Shown in pieces: positions 48,038 to 57,995 of a stretch of DNA of 64,000 bases; the stretch's first letter is position 1, and every line of letters begins with the position of its first letter. The notes beneath the pieces are model-generated. The model searched no databases. It was not told the origin of the DNA and saw only the letters and a list, made by a program, of their open reading frames with translations. Made by a program: the position numbers and the translations under genes. This DNA comes from a candidate division WWE3 bacterium. GTDB lineage: Bacteria > Patescibacteriota > 4484-211 > GCA-002791395. The DNA lies in NCBI GenBank assembly GCA_013335095.1, contig JAAXWF010000002.1, positions 205,566 to 269,565 on the forward strand, written 5' to 3'.

Positions 48038-48511
48038 ATGGAGAGTAAATTATATCGATCCAGAACCAATAGAATCATTGCCGGGGTAGCGAGCGGATTA
48101 GCTCAGTATTTCAACATCGATCCAATATTAGTTCGATTATTTTTTGTTGCCGCGATGTTTGGTGGTGGGTCAGGATTTTGGATTTATATTATCTTATGGA
48201 TAATTGTCCCTGAAGAACCATACGTGCTGCCACAAGAAAACAAGAACCAGACTCAAACCGACGCAGAAGTCACAGCACCGACCACAACCGATACAAGCAC
48301 AACGTCAACTACATCTACCGAAGTAGTAAGACCAACACTAATTAAAAATCCATCCGACCGAGGAAATGGATTTGGCCTAATACTCATTATCGTAGGATTA
48401 TTGTTCTTAGCCCAAAATACTATTCCCAATTTTCATATTGGACAATTATGGCCAATCATTTTGATTGCAATTGGATTATCATTTATCCTTAACAGCAATA
48501 CACGATCATGA
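48038..48511 (+). CDS. PspC-domain protein with C-terminal LiaF/DUF5668-like TM module
   Basis: LYRSRTNRIIAGVASGLAQYF.IDP..VR...YIILWIIVP; LWPIILI; start re-called at 48038. Confidence 0.88.
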   Translation: MESKLYRSRTNRIIAGVASGLAQYFNIDPILVRLFFVAAMFGGGSGFWIYIILWIIVPEEPYVLPQENKNQTQTDAEVTAPTTTDTSTTSTTSTEVVRPTLIKNPSDRGNGFGLILIIVGLLFLAQNTIPNFHIGQLWPIILIAIGLSFILNSNTRS

Positions 48512-49404
48512 AAAGTAATAATATTGTCATTGGCGGAATACTCATTGTCGTAGGCATTTTGGTGCTCGCCTCCAATTTAGACATTTTTCATCTTAACTGG
48601 GAGATAGTCAGCCGCTTATGGCCAGCGATAATTCTATTTATAGGCATTCGTTCGTTTTTCCCGAATGCCTACGGACTCTTAATATCCCTGTTATTAACCA
48701 CGATCATCGTTGTCGGTGTCGGCTATGTAGCAACAGTAACCGGGCAACTTGATCCACGTGATTTCCTCACCACCACCCAAACAGGCAATCATCAACAATT
48801 TACCGTAGAAAATAATGAGTCAATACAAACCGCATCATTAAAGATTGAAAGCGGAGCAGGCGATATCTCGCTGTCATCAGGAACAGACACATTAATGACC
48901 GCAGAGGCAACATCCACGATTGGTGCTTATACGCTGGATCAGGACCTCACCACCACAAATGCCGATCTTCGATTGCATATTGATAATCCCAACATACAGC
49001 TTGGTCCTCAAAACCATACATTAGATGTAAAACTCAACTCAAATCCAGCATGGAGAATCGATGCAAATATTGGAGCAGCCCAAGGACGGTTTGATTTTAG
49101 CGACCTTCAGATAGAGCAACTAACACTTAAATCTGGCGCAACAGACGTGAATCTACGACTCGGAAGTATCGCAAAAGAGGCTCAAGTCACAATAGAAACC
49201 GGTGCATCATCAACCGATATTGAAGTCCCTCAAATAGCTGGGGTTCAAATCACGACCGACACGGGATTAACCGATAACGAATTTAATGGTTTTACACAGG
49301 TTAATGAAAAAACCTATCAATCCGATAATTTTGAATCCGCAGAAAAGAAAATCTTTATTCATATAAAAGCTGGCATGTCCTCAATTACGGTCAATCGGTA
49401 TTAA
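48508..49404 (+). CDS. LiaF/DUF5668-like TM region plus beta-solenoid domain (envelope-stress type)
   Basis: LWPAIILFIG; repeated I-x-x-GA-x-x-x-x-L beta repeats; ATGA overlap. Confidence 0.7.
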   Translation: MKSNNIVIGGILIVVGILVLASNLDIFHLNWEIVSRLWPAIILFIGIRSFFPNAYGLLISLLLTTIIVVGVGYVATVTGQLDPRDFLTTTQTGNHQQFTVENNESIQTASLKIESGAGDISLSSGTDTLMTAEATSTIGAYTLDQDLTTTNADLRLHIDNPNIQLGPQNHTLDVKLNSNPAWRIDANIGAAQGRFDFSDLQIEQLTLKSGATDVNLRLGSIAKEAQVTIETGASSTDIEVPQIAGVQITTDTGLTDNEFNGFTQVNEKTYQSDNFESAEKKIFIHIKAGMSSITVNRY

Positions 49405-49559
49405 TCTTTTTTACCATTACAGATAGATGTATACTATGTTTTTGCTGACGAGCCTGCGTTGGTAGAGAAAGGAGTCGAATCCGACAAAAAGTGGAATTCG
49501 AGTTTCGAATACCTGACCTGCCAGTGTTGGCAAGTAGGTACAGCCAAGGAGGTTTCGCT

Positions 49560-50045
49560 ATGAGGTCGGTAGCAATGCCTGGATACCACGAATCATCAAT
49601 TCGTCGTTTCCATGCTTCTGCATGGGGAATCGCGATCGTGGCGTTCCTCATAAGCCCGTATGGTCCATTGGGATGGTTCTGGCGGCCCGCCGTTGAACTT
49701 CCCATTAATGGATTTATGGCCAGCTTGGCCTACGTGCTGATGCTGATTGTGAGGGTCATCTGTTTTGGGTACGCGGTGTCTTTTCTTCTGTTTAAATGGA
49801 AAAAGCTCCCCGCCCTACCGTCCCTCAGCCTTGCGGCAACACGTCTATTCGTAGCAATAACGGCACTATTGACCGCAAGCTGGTGGGTGACATCCTCAAT
49901 CAGCGAGGTAATGAGACTCAGCGGTTTAGGCAAAAGTATCTTCTTCGACGGGGTGTTTCAACTCCTCGCCATGGGGTACGGCCTGTTCCTGGTTTTCGTG
50001 ATCATACCGAAGATCGGGAGTGCCAATAGCGACACCAGTGCCTAA
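49560..50045 (+). CDS. Orphan 4-TM membrane protein (SD-led unit)
   Basis: AAGGAGG SD before ATG 49560; hairpin 50053-50077. Confidence 0.65.
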   Translation: MRSVAMPGYHESSIRRFHASAWGIAIVAFLISPYGPLGWFWRPAVELPINGFMASLAYVLMLIVRVICFGYAVSFLLFKWKKLPALPSLSLAATRLFVAITALLTASWWVTSSISEVMRLSGLGKSIFFDGVFQLLAMGYGLFLVFVIIPKIGSANSDTSA

Positions 50046-50138
50046 AAATCAAGCCAGGCGGTATTATATCGTCTGGCATTTACTTTTCTATTACACCCCG
50101 CATATTTTTTTCAAATATATTTTTTTTACAGTACAAAA

Positions 50139-50978
50139 ATGGAAAAACAGTCTCGACAAACTCCACCAGGAATTCAAGAAAATATGAAGGACAAGCCTGA
50201 ATCAATAAAAAAAGATTATAAAGCGGCGGGCAAACTCAAAGATAAAACTGCAATTATCACGGGGGGAGATAGTGGTATCGGACGTGCTGCCGCAATAATG
50301 TTTGCCCAAGAAGGAGCGAATGTCAGCATTGTGTACTTAAACGAAAATAATGATGCACAAGAAACTAAACAGATGATTGAAGAGCTCGGACGTCACTGCC
50401 TTACGATAAACGGAGATGTCGGACAAGAAGATTTTTGTGAATATGCACTGGAACAAATACTGCATGAATATAAGCATGTCGATGTGTTAATTAACAATGC
50501 CGCAGAACAACATCCTCAAGAAAAAATGGAAGATATTACTCAAGAACAACTCGAAAAAACTTTTCGCACTAACGTATTTGGATATTTTTACATGGCAAAG
50601 TCGACTATTCCTCATCTTTCTAAGGGTAGTTCAATTATAAATACATCTTCGGTCACCGCATATCGTGGGAGCAGTCATTTAATTGACTATTCAGCGACAA
50701 AAGGGGCGATTGTCGCGTTTACACGTTCGTTATCCCAAAATTTAGCAGCAAAAGAGATTCGAGTAAACGCAGTTGCACCCGGTCCCGTTTGGACACCACT
50801 TATTACCTCAACGTTCCCACAAGAAAAAATAGAGTCATTTGGATCAGATACAGCATTACAGCGAGCCGCCCAGCCAACCGAAATAGCGCCTTGTTTTGTA
50901 TTTTTAGCTTCGGAGGATTCAAGTTATATGACTGGACAAGTACTACATCCCAATGGTGGAGAAATAATTAATGGATAA
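50139..50978 (+). CDS. SDR family oxidoreductase (YhdF/general stress protein 39-like)
   Basis: TGGDSGIG, NNAA, YSATK, VAPGPVWTP. Confidence 0.93.
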   Translation: MEKQSRQTPPGIQENMKDKPESIKKDYKAAGKLKDKTAIITGGDSGIGRAAAIMFAQEGANVSIVYLNENNDAQETKQMIEELGRHCLTINGDVGQEDFCEYALEQILHEYKHVDVLINNAAEQHPQEKMEDITQEQLEKTFRTNVFGYFYMAKSTIPHLSKGSSIINTSSVTAYRGSSHLIDYSATKGAIVAFTRSLSQNLAAKEIRVNAVAPGPVWTPLITSTFPQEKIESFGSDTALQRAAQPTEIAPCFVFLASEDSSYMTGQVLHPNGGEIING

Positions 50979-51033
50979 AAAAATACCAGCATACTCGTCA
51001 TTGAGCATGCTGGCGTTACGGCCGATGGGCAAA

Positions 51034-51354
51034 CTACCCCTCGTTGACGATCGTCTGATCGCCGGTCGTAATGTTGATGTTGCGACCAGCTACCATTCGA
51101 TTGATGCGGAGGACTGGCCCAACATGGACCACGTTCCCGCGCCCCTGAACGTGAACCTCCACTCCTGAGGCGGTTACGATGTTCAAGTCACTCGCCGCAT
51201 CCTGAGCGACGGGCGGCTGCCCGGGGGTGATGCCTGCCCGAGCAAGGCTAGCCCGAACCTGTGCCATCACAGCAGCGGCTGCGGCCCCCGATACGGGCTG
51301 GCCGTTCGTGACGACCTGATGATTGCCCGTCACCATAATCACGCGCTTGGTCAT
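51034..51354 (-). CDS. Orphan hypothetical protein (SD-led unit)
   Basis: GGGAGG SD; TGTATAAT upstream; hairpin with U-tract 50978-51013. Confidence 0.6.
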   Translation of the reverse strand: MTKRVIMVTGNHQVVTNGQPVSGAAAAAVMAQVRASLARAGITPGQPPVAQDAASDLNIVTASGVEVHVQGRGNVVHVGPVLRINRMVAGRNINITTGDQTIVNEG

Positions 51355-51462
51355 AAGACCCTCCCGATAATGAGGAAAGATTCCCCTCCAAGAGTGGCCC
51401 GGAGGCCCTTCAAATTGGTGTTTTGATTATACAAGAAAATCCAACAAAATAAAACTATAGGG

Positions 51463-52155
51463 CTAACGCATTAATTTCAATGAACGGGTTATCTGGTCTA
51501 AAATAGTCAAGTTTGCATCAATGTTCGTTCCTATATAGGTAATTTGATATTGAGTCATATTATTTACCGTTCCAAATCCAGGCGAATTTGGTTCAACATA
51601 CTCAACGTAATAGGTTTCATCTGTATTGGTCACATAGTAGCGTCTTTTTTGTACCGTAAATCCTAAAATATTTTGCTGCCCATCAATCGAAGATCCGCAC
51701 ACATTAGAATCTGGTGCGGGACTTGATTCAGGCCAGGAACAGATTGACGGATCATCAACGTACGCGTTGTAACCTGTTAGTAACGGGGACACATAAAATA
51801 CCCACATCGCACCACCGTTAGAGATGGTGACCTTTGCCGTGTTGCAACAAGATTCGCTTTGATAATCTTCGACATTATTTGCCTGATCAATATTTAATTC
51901 CCATTCCGGTGGATATTGGACGGAATAACCGTGAACATTATTACGATATGTTTTCCATGTTTGTAGATTAATTGGGGTTGGACTAACGGCCATTGTTGGT
52001 GTTGGACTGACCATGTCATCATCTTCGTTCTCAATATTTAATGCATCGCGGGTAATAAAAAAGACCGCCGCCACAAACGTTAAAATGGCAAAGCCAATCG
52101 CCGCAAACTCAACAGTGGTGAATCCTCGATTTTTTTGAAATATCATCATACTCAT
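51463..52155 (-). CDS. Pilin-like (class III signal) protein with PsbP-like domain
   Basis: RGF-TTVEF; WKTYRNNVHGYSVQYPPEW; LDQITRSL. Confidence 0.75.
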   Translation of the reverse strand: MSMMIFQKNRGFTTVEFAAIGFAILTFVAAVFFITRDALNIENEDDDMVSPTPTMAVSPTPINLQTWKTYRNNVHGYSVQYPPEWELNIDQANNVEDYQSESCCNTAKVTISNGGAMWVFYVSPLLTGYNAYVDDPSICSWPESSPAPDSNVCGSSIDGQQNILGFTVQKRRYYVTNTDETYYVEYVEPNSPGFGTVNNMTQYQITYIGTNIDANLTILDQITRSLKLMR

Positions 52156-52189
52156 AATGACTGAACAGGTAGATACCTGTCAACGTTAG

Positions 52190-53572
52190 TTATTCTAAAT
52201 TACGACGTACCATTTTATACAACGTACGTACGGTACCCGGGATAGCAACAGACTGCGAGATCGTATAAAACTTTCCAAAGCTTTCTTCGAAAGATTCCTG
52301 CGAATACTGGTTAAAAATATCTTTGCGGGTAGTTAATAAACGTTGGACTTGTGTATCTTCTTTTGGCACGAACTCGATAATAAGTTGAGGGGCAATCAGA
52401 CTAAACTGGTACGCGATTTGATCAAACGGGAGGTTATTTGATATCGCCAGGTGATGAATTAGAGCGAGGGCTAGTATAGTATCGACCGAAACACGCTCGT
52501 ATAACGGCGATCTTTCTTTGTTCATCCAGCCAATTCCCGGCGAAGGGTTGGTTATATCAGAAATAAAACAAGCGACATTTTGAACGTGTTGTTTTTGAAT
52601 ATATGAATACATTCGATCAATAGCCAGCGGATCAATATCACTACTTAATACCAATGAATGATGCTCGGCAGCCAGTAGACTAAAAACTCCGGTATTGCCA
52701 CCAATATCCCACACACATCCCGGCTCGATTGAGGTTAATAACTGAACAAGGATCTTCTTTTTTTCTTCAAAAGAATCATCGCCGTAGTTGGTGTTGGCAT
52801 AATAATCGCCCCATTCAGTCTGAGTGTTAGGAAGTGATATCTTTACAGTTGCATTCGTAAGACTATCAATTAGCCCCTTCATTTGAGTGAGAGAAAAAGC
52901 CTTATTCAGATCGACAGAACTTTTTTTAGAGTCAGAATACAATCGTTGAATGTAGGCATGAATAAATAAATGAATCAGATATGACGGTCGGAGGGTAAAA
53001 GTCTTTGGTAGTATTGCAACGGCTGTTTGGAGTGGAATACCATCTAAATTAAATTCGAGCATTTTATTTAAAGAAAGATCGACCTTTGCCATGAGCGCGA
53101 GTGGTGCTAAAAAGTGCTGGCAAAATTGTTTATAGGCGACCCATGGTTTTTCGGTATATTCTTCAAAAGAGAGGGTGTCGATAAAGATCGGTTTCCCCTG
53201 GTGGAACTGGACATTATAACTACTCGCATCCTTTAATGACATGTTATATTCCAGGGCTATTTGCTGTATTTTTAGCGTTAGCATGGCTGCATCTTTTAAC
53301 ATTTGAAATGACCATTCGTATGGATAGGTAATGCACAAAATCTTATTTGGCTCAATGACTTTATATCCTTGATCATTGAGCGGTGCATGAGTTGAATCCT
53401 GATGAGGGATAAGGAGTTTTTCAGATACCAATCGATCATACAGACCGCTGTTTATCAGCATATCGAACTCATGTTGATACGAGTGGTTTATTTGGCGATA
53501 GATCGTACCGTTTTCTGAAAAAATAAATCCGGAAGGATCGCGAAAAGATGCGGGATGGTTACTTGGAATCAT
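52190..53572 (-). CDS. NoeA-like SAM-dependent methyltransferase
   Basis: SFRDPSG, YPYEWSF, LKDASSYN, WDIGGNTG, LALIHHL, IEFVPKED. Confidence 0.85.
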   Translation of the reverse strand: MIPSNHPASFRDPSGFIFSENGTIYRQINHSYQHEFDMLINSGLYDRLVSEKLLIPHQDSTHAPLNDQGYKVIEPNKILCITYPYEWSFQMLKDAAMLTLKIQQIALEYNMSLKDASSYNVQFHQGKPIFIDTLSFEEYTEKPWVAYKQFCQHFLAPLALMAKVDLSLNKMLEFNLDGIPLQTAVAILPKTFTLRPSYLIHLFIHAYIQRLYSDSKKSSVDLNKAFSLTQMKGLIDSLTNATVKISLPNTQTEWGDYYANTNYGDDSFEEKKKILVQLLTSIEPGCVWDIGGNTGVFSLLAAEHHSLVLSSDIDPLAIDRMYSYIQKQHVQNVACFISDITNPSPGIGWMNKERSPLYERVSVDTILALALIHHLAISNNLPFDQIAYQFSLIAPQLIIEFVPKEDTQVQRLLTTRKDIFNQYSQESFEESFGKFYTISQSVAIPGTVRTLYKMVRRNLE

Positions 53573-53801
53573 GATTATCTGACGAGGTTTGAGTTGGTTG
53601 TTTTTTCTTCCACAGCTTAGACCAACGTTCTTTTAGAGCAGCCCAATATGTTTTTATTAGAAATCCGCCGCCGACTGCGCCGCCGATTAATAACTGAATT
53701 AGATAACTCCCGGTTCCTGGATCAAGATATGCATGGGCGTGGGGGGTAAAGGTGATTGATAAAAAGAACAGTACTAAAAAGATATCGGTAACTCTTCGCA
53801 T
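53559..53801 (-). CDS. Small membrane protein (AYLDPGTGS type)
   Basis: AHAYLDPGTGSYLIQLLIG; overlaps the methyltransferase start. Confidence 0.75.
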   Translation of the reverse strand: MRRVTDIFLVLFFLSITFTPHAHAYLDPGTGSYLIQLLIGGAVGGGFLIKTYWAALKERWSKLWKKKQPTQTSSDNHDSK

Positions 53802-53828
53802 AATAATCGTTATAATACACTATTTTGC

Positions 53829-53912
53829 TGGTGCCGGAGAGAGGACTCGAACCTCCACAGGTTTCCCCGTCAGCTCCTAAAGCTGATGCGTCTGCCATTT
53901 CGCCACTCCGGC
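53829..53912 (-). tRNA. tRNA-Leu (TAG)
   Basis: GCCGGAG...CTCCGGC-ACCA; anticodon arm TCAGC-TTTAGGA-GCTGA; long variable arm. Confidence 0.95.
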
Positions 53913-53950
53913 ACATAAAAGCACTCTTATTTTAGCATGGCGTCGCCTTC

Positions 53951-55414
53951 TTACAGTATATGATGCTCGGTTAAATATTTGCGGATCCGGTTTTTAGTAC
54001 TATTCATCTTGGCGATACGCAGCCAGTCCGAACTTGGGTATTTTCGAGTAGGTGAAATAATAATCTCGCAGACATCATTGTTCTGGAGCTCATAATCAAT
54101 CCCAACCATCTTGCCGTTAACTTTCGCCCCGCTCAAATGGTGACCGATCTCGGTATGCACTTGATAGGCAAAATCAATCGGCGTGGCGCCTTTGGGCATG
54201 TCTTTTACATCGCCCTTTGGAGTAAACACAAATACACGGTCTCCAAATAAATCTAATTTTAAAGCCGCCTCAAACTCGTGATCTTCTAAAATTTCGGATT
54301 GCCATTCGACCAAATCTCGCAGCCATTTAATCCGATCTTCCGGCGCTTCGGTCATACTATGCCCAAGCTCTTTGTAAATAACGTGAGCAGCGGGACCAAA
54401 TTCGTTGTATTGATGCATCTCTCGGGTTCTGATCTGGACTTCGGCATGATCATTTCGCTCAGGCACAAAAACTGACGTATGCACCGACCGATATCCATTT
54501 GGCTTTGGGCGGGCGATATAATCATCAAAACCCTTTGGGTTCGAACGCCAGCGCTGATGAACATATCCAAGCGCGGTATAACATTCTTCTAACGAACCAA
54601 CAATGATGCGAAACGCTTGTTTATCCTGCAATCGATCTAAATAATCCTCAATCGTTTCACCGGCAGTATGTTTACGGGAAAATTTCCGATAGATACTGTA
54701 ATAATTTTTAATCCGTCCATATACATAGGATTCAATGGAGTTAATATCCATCAAGGTGTGCAGTTCATCCGTCATGTAATGAATAAACTGCTCACGCTCA
54801 TCGTACGTTTTAACAAAATAATTATCCATTTGCTGATACACATCAGGATACATACGTTTAAACGCACCATCTTCAAGCTTACGTTTTAAATGGAAAATAC
54901 CAAGACGCTCGGCGAGAGGAGCATAAATCTCCAAAATTTTTTCCAAAGTCTGATGCTGAACTTCTATCGGCAGCGCATCAACCGTTTCTAGATTATGTAA
55001 TTTATCGGCTAGACGAATCAGTATCACCCGAATATCTTTGGCACTGGCCAAGAATAGCTTACGCAAATTTTCCCGATAGGCGAGAACACCTTTATGTGTG
55101 GCGATCCTTTTTAACCCGGTCACACCATCAACAAGCTCAGCCACCGTTTCGCCGAACTCTTCCTCTAAATCTTTTTTAGTGATATCAGTATGTTCGAGGA
55201 CATCATGGAGTAGCGCTGCACTTAGCGTGTACGAATCGACTTTAATATCTGCAAGATAGTTTGCCACTGCCACCGGATGATCAATAAAGCTTGAACCGAC
55301 TTTACGTTTTTGTCCGACATGCGCCGCATCAGCAAACGCATACGCCCGACGAATCAAATCGATCTTAGCGGTGGGATGGTATTTCAGTACTTTTTCAATA
55401 AGAGGATCAATCAT
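53951..55414 (-). CDS. rel: RelA/SpoT homolog (HD + synthetase + TGS, no ACT domain)
   Basis: LLHDV, LADKLHN, PKPNGYRSVHT, EVQIRT, FTPKG...DFAY.VHT; start re-called at 55414. Confidence 0.92.
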   Translation of the reverse strand: MIDPLIEKVLKYHPTAKIDLIRRAYAFADAAHVGQKRKVGSSFIDHPVAVANYLADIKVDSYTLSAALLHDVLEHTDITKKDLEEEFGETVAELVDGVTGLKRIATHKGVLAYRENLRKLFLASAKDIRVILIRLADKLHNLETVDALPIEVQHQTLEKILEIYAPLAERLGIFHLKRKLEDGAFKRMYPDVYQQMDNYFVKTYDEREQFIHYMTDELHTLMDINSIESYVYGRIKNYYSIYRKFSRKHTAGETIEDYLDRLQDKQAFRIIVGSLEECYTALGYVHQRWRSNPKGFDDYIARPKPNGYRSVHTSVFVPERNDHAEVQIRTREMHQYNEFGPAAHVIYKELGHSMTEAPEDRIKWLRDLVEWQSEILEDHEFEAALKLDLFGDRVFVFTPKGDVKDMPKGATPIDFAYQVHTEIGHHLSGAKVNGKMVGIDYELQNNDVCEIIISPTRKYPSSDWLRIAKMNSTKNRIRKYLTEHHIL

Positions 55415-55524
55415 GGGTTCAATTATACGATCGAGCGCTACTACACAGAGCGACACATCGACTCTCAGCAAAATATAAGTAAAGATTTGTACTATATGTC
55501 CGCATAATATGTATAATAAATCGT

Positions 55525-56415
55525 ATGAACATATATGATCAGATCAGTCAAAATAAAACCCGAAGTATTGTAATTATCACCGTATTCATAGTAGTCGTGG
55601 CCGGACTCGGCTTTATATTTGGAAAAGCACTAGACTATGGATATACGCTATTTATTTTTGCAACGGTCTTTGCTATCTGTAGCTCTTTCTTTAGCTATTA
55701 TTTCTCCGATAAGTTAGCACTATCAGTGAGTGGCGCTCGGGAGGTCAGTACACAGACAGAACAACGACTTTTTAGAATGGTAGAAAATCTATCCATTGGC
55801 GCAGGACTCACACCCATGCCCAAAGTCTATGTAATCGAAGATACCGCGATAAACGCATTTGCCACAGGAAGGGATCCCAAACATGCTTCAGTAGCTGTAA
55901 CACGGGGAGCGCTGCAAAAACTTGATGATATGGAACTAGAAGGTGTTATCGCCCATGAGTTATCGCATATTCGTAATTATGATATTTTGACAATGACGAT
56001 CGCGGTCGTCTTAGTTGGAATAATCGCCCTTGTGAGCGAATGGTTTATGCGATCATTGTGGTTTAGCGGAGATGATAATCGACGCGAAGGTCGGAGTGGG
56101 GGATTGATGATAATCTTTGCCATAATCGGAGCAATTTTAGCCCCGCTGATTGGTCAATTATTGCAAATGGCGCTATCTCGACAACGTGAATATCTTGCCG
56201 ATGCCAGTGGTGCGCTTTTAACCCGCTACCCAGACGGGTTAGCCCAAGCTTTGGAAAAAATTCAAGCTGATGGTCAACCGCTACGAAATGCAAACACCGC
56301 AACAGCTCACCTATATATAGCCAATCCATTTGAAGGTGTTAATGAAAAATTGTTTAACCTCTTTTCGACTCATCCGCCTATTGAAGAGCGGATTAAACGA
56401 CTGCGTGCTATGTAA
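55525..56415 (+). CDS. htpX: Zinc metalloprotease HtpX (M48)
   Basis: NAFATG, HELSH, SRQREYLAD, STHPPIEERI. Confidence 0.93.
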   Translation: MNIYDQISQNKTRSIVIITVFIVVVAGLGFIFGKALDYGYTLFIFATVFAICSSFFSYYFSDKLALSVSGAREVSTQTEQRLFRMVENLSIGAGLTPMPKVYVIEDTAINAFATGRDPKHASVAVTRGALQKLDDMELEGVIAHELSHIRNYDILTMTIAVVLVGIIALVSEWFMRSLWFSGDDNRREGRSGGLMIIFAIIGAILAPLIGQLLQMALSRQREYLADASGALLTRYPDGLAQALEKIQADGQPLRNANTATAHLYIANPFEGVNEKLFNLFSTHPPIEERIKRLRAM

Positions 56416-56469
56416 AAAAAGCCGGCAAGCATAATGCTCACCGGCCTGAAGTTCAATCTATAAAAAAGG

Positions 56470-57051
56470 CTACTGTACTTCAGGGATGGTTAGATCCTCG
56501 CTGAAGTGGACTTCAAAGTCCTTCTGAGATGGTGGTGTCCGTGCATCTACCTGCTTGGTAAATATCACCTCGACCACCGAAGATTTCAGGTTAACCGTCC
56601 CTGCGATGGTCATGGTCACCGAGATATCCGTGAGATTGATTGTTTTAGTCGCCGTAAAGCGATATTTATCAGATCCTTCGGATTTCCAGGTCCCACTGAG
56701 TGGATAGAGCTGCAGGTCATAGCGAAGATGCAACGGAGGTTCAAACTCCATTGTTCCATCATCGTAGAACCGCCACGCCGCGTATCCGAACACCCACATG
56801 GCATCATCACTCGCCACGCGAGCATCACCGACTTGGGGATTGGCTGATCCCTCTTGATAGGTCATCTTACTGAAGGTTTCCCGTAAAGGGAGGCCACCTT
56901 CATAGGTGTATAGAATGACCTTAGAAGATGCTGGTTTTGGTGACGAAGGAAGAGGTGTAGATTGGGGAACGATGCCGGCGCACCCACACAAAGCCATTAC
57001 GAATAACCATCCCAGAAGTGGGATTCCGATTAGCCGCATGCGCATTCTCAT
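56470..57051 (-). CDS. Orphan putative lipoprotein (SD-led unit)
   Basis: Signal with LCG-C lipobox-like motif; AAGGAG SD; hairpin 56421-56445. Confidence 0.6.
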   Translation of the reverse strand: MRMRMRLIGIPLLGWLFVMALCGCAGIVPQSTPLPSSPKPASSKVILYTYEGGLPLRETFSKMTYQEGSANPQVGDARVASDDAMWVFGYAAWRFYDDGTMEFEPPLHLRYDLQLYPLSGTWKSEGSDKYRFTATKTINLTDISVTMTIAGTVNLKSSVVEVIFTKQVDARTPPSQKDFEVHFSEDLTIPEVQ

Positions 57052-57149
57052 GCTCCTTGCCTTATTGAGGGATAATCCTCTAGCATACTCGACGCGGTTG
57101 TAGGATACAACAAATTCCCGGGTATTTCAAGGGAAAACTAAATTTCAGG

Positions 57150-57995
57150 TTACTCAAGTCCCGTGCAGTCAGATATGGTTTCTTTAGATTCACCACTTGC
57201 AGAAGTTACGCACGAAGCGACAACGGTAGCGTTATTATTATCTAGTTTGATTTGGTACAAAAAGATCGATGAGCGGTCTTGATTTCCCCCATCACATTGC
57301 CAGGTTAACGTACCGTTTGTTGTAAGTTGGATTGGTTTGGCACAAGAAAATGAAGGAAGTTCATCTACTAATTGTTCGATCTGTCCAATAATACGATCGT
57401 TTTTATTATGTTCATAGACAAAAAATACTCGAGTCAGACCCGATGAAGCGGCTAAACCCGTATGCAGAACATACAGCGAATCGCCGGTTATTGTCCGACA
57501 ATACATAGCGCCATTCACTTCATTTCTTTGACTTGTTAATTGGTCCAATTTTTCTATGGCCTGGTGTATGACCATATCAGGTGAAACGGATTCGACGGCA
57601 GTATCCGAAACCGCATAGGGATTTAATTGGGTAAACTTTGCACCTGATTCGTGATTTGTAAGCGTGGTATAAAACGTTGAACAACGCAATCCAATCAACT
57701 GGTCTAGTGGAGTATCAATAATAGAAGAAGGGTATGGGTGGCCATCAACAAAAATATCATCATATCCAATGTAGCGATCGCGAAAACCAACGGACTGTGA
57801 AGACTGACGGACAATAGTAGTGGGAGTTATATCGCTAGAATGTTCATTATCGGCCCGTAGATCAGTCAAATTTGTATCCTCAGAGGAGTTATTGGTTAAC
57901 AAACTAAGAACAATGAATAATCCAGCGCACACGAGCCAGACAGCGTAGATACCATTTTTAGCAGAATATTTTTCATTCGATGATGCAGCCATCAC
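57150..57995 (-). CDS. Membrane-anchored Cys-containing hypothetical protein
   Basis: TM helix; six extracellular Cys; overlaps the peptidase stop. Confidence 0.65.
   Translation of the reverse strand: MMAASSNEKYSAKNGIYAVWLVCAGLFIVLSLLTNNSSEDTNLTDLRADNEHSSDITPTTIVRQSSQSVGFRDRYIGYDDIFVDGHPYPSSIIDTPLDQLIGLRCSTFYTTLTNHESGAKFTQLNPYAVSDTAVESVSPDMVIHQAIEKLDQLTSQRNEVNGAMYCRTITGDSLYVLHTGLAASSGLTRVFFVYEHNKNDRIIGQIEQLVDELPSFSCAKPIQLTTNGTLTWQCDGGNQDRSSIFLYQIKLDNNNATVVASCVTSASGESKETISDCTGLE

Noticed and set aside
49444-49490. Hammerhead ribozyme (CTGACGA...GAAA)
   Set aside because: The stem II closing pair and stem I/III pairing around an NUH site could not be built
41851-53912. Integrated element between tRNA-Phe and tRNA-Leu
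   Set aside because: No integrase, and no direct repeat of a tRNA 3' end was noticed; content is mixed chromosomal genes
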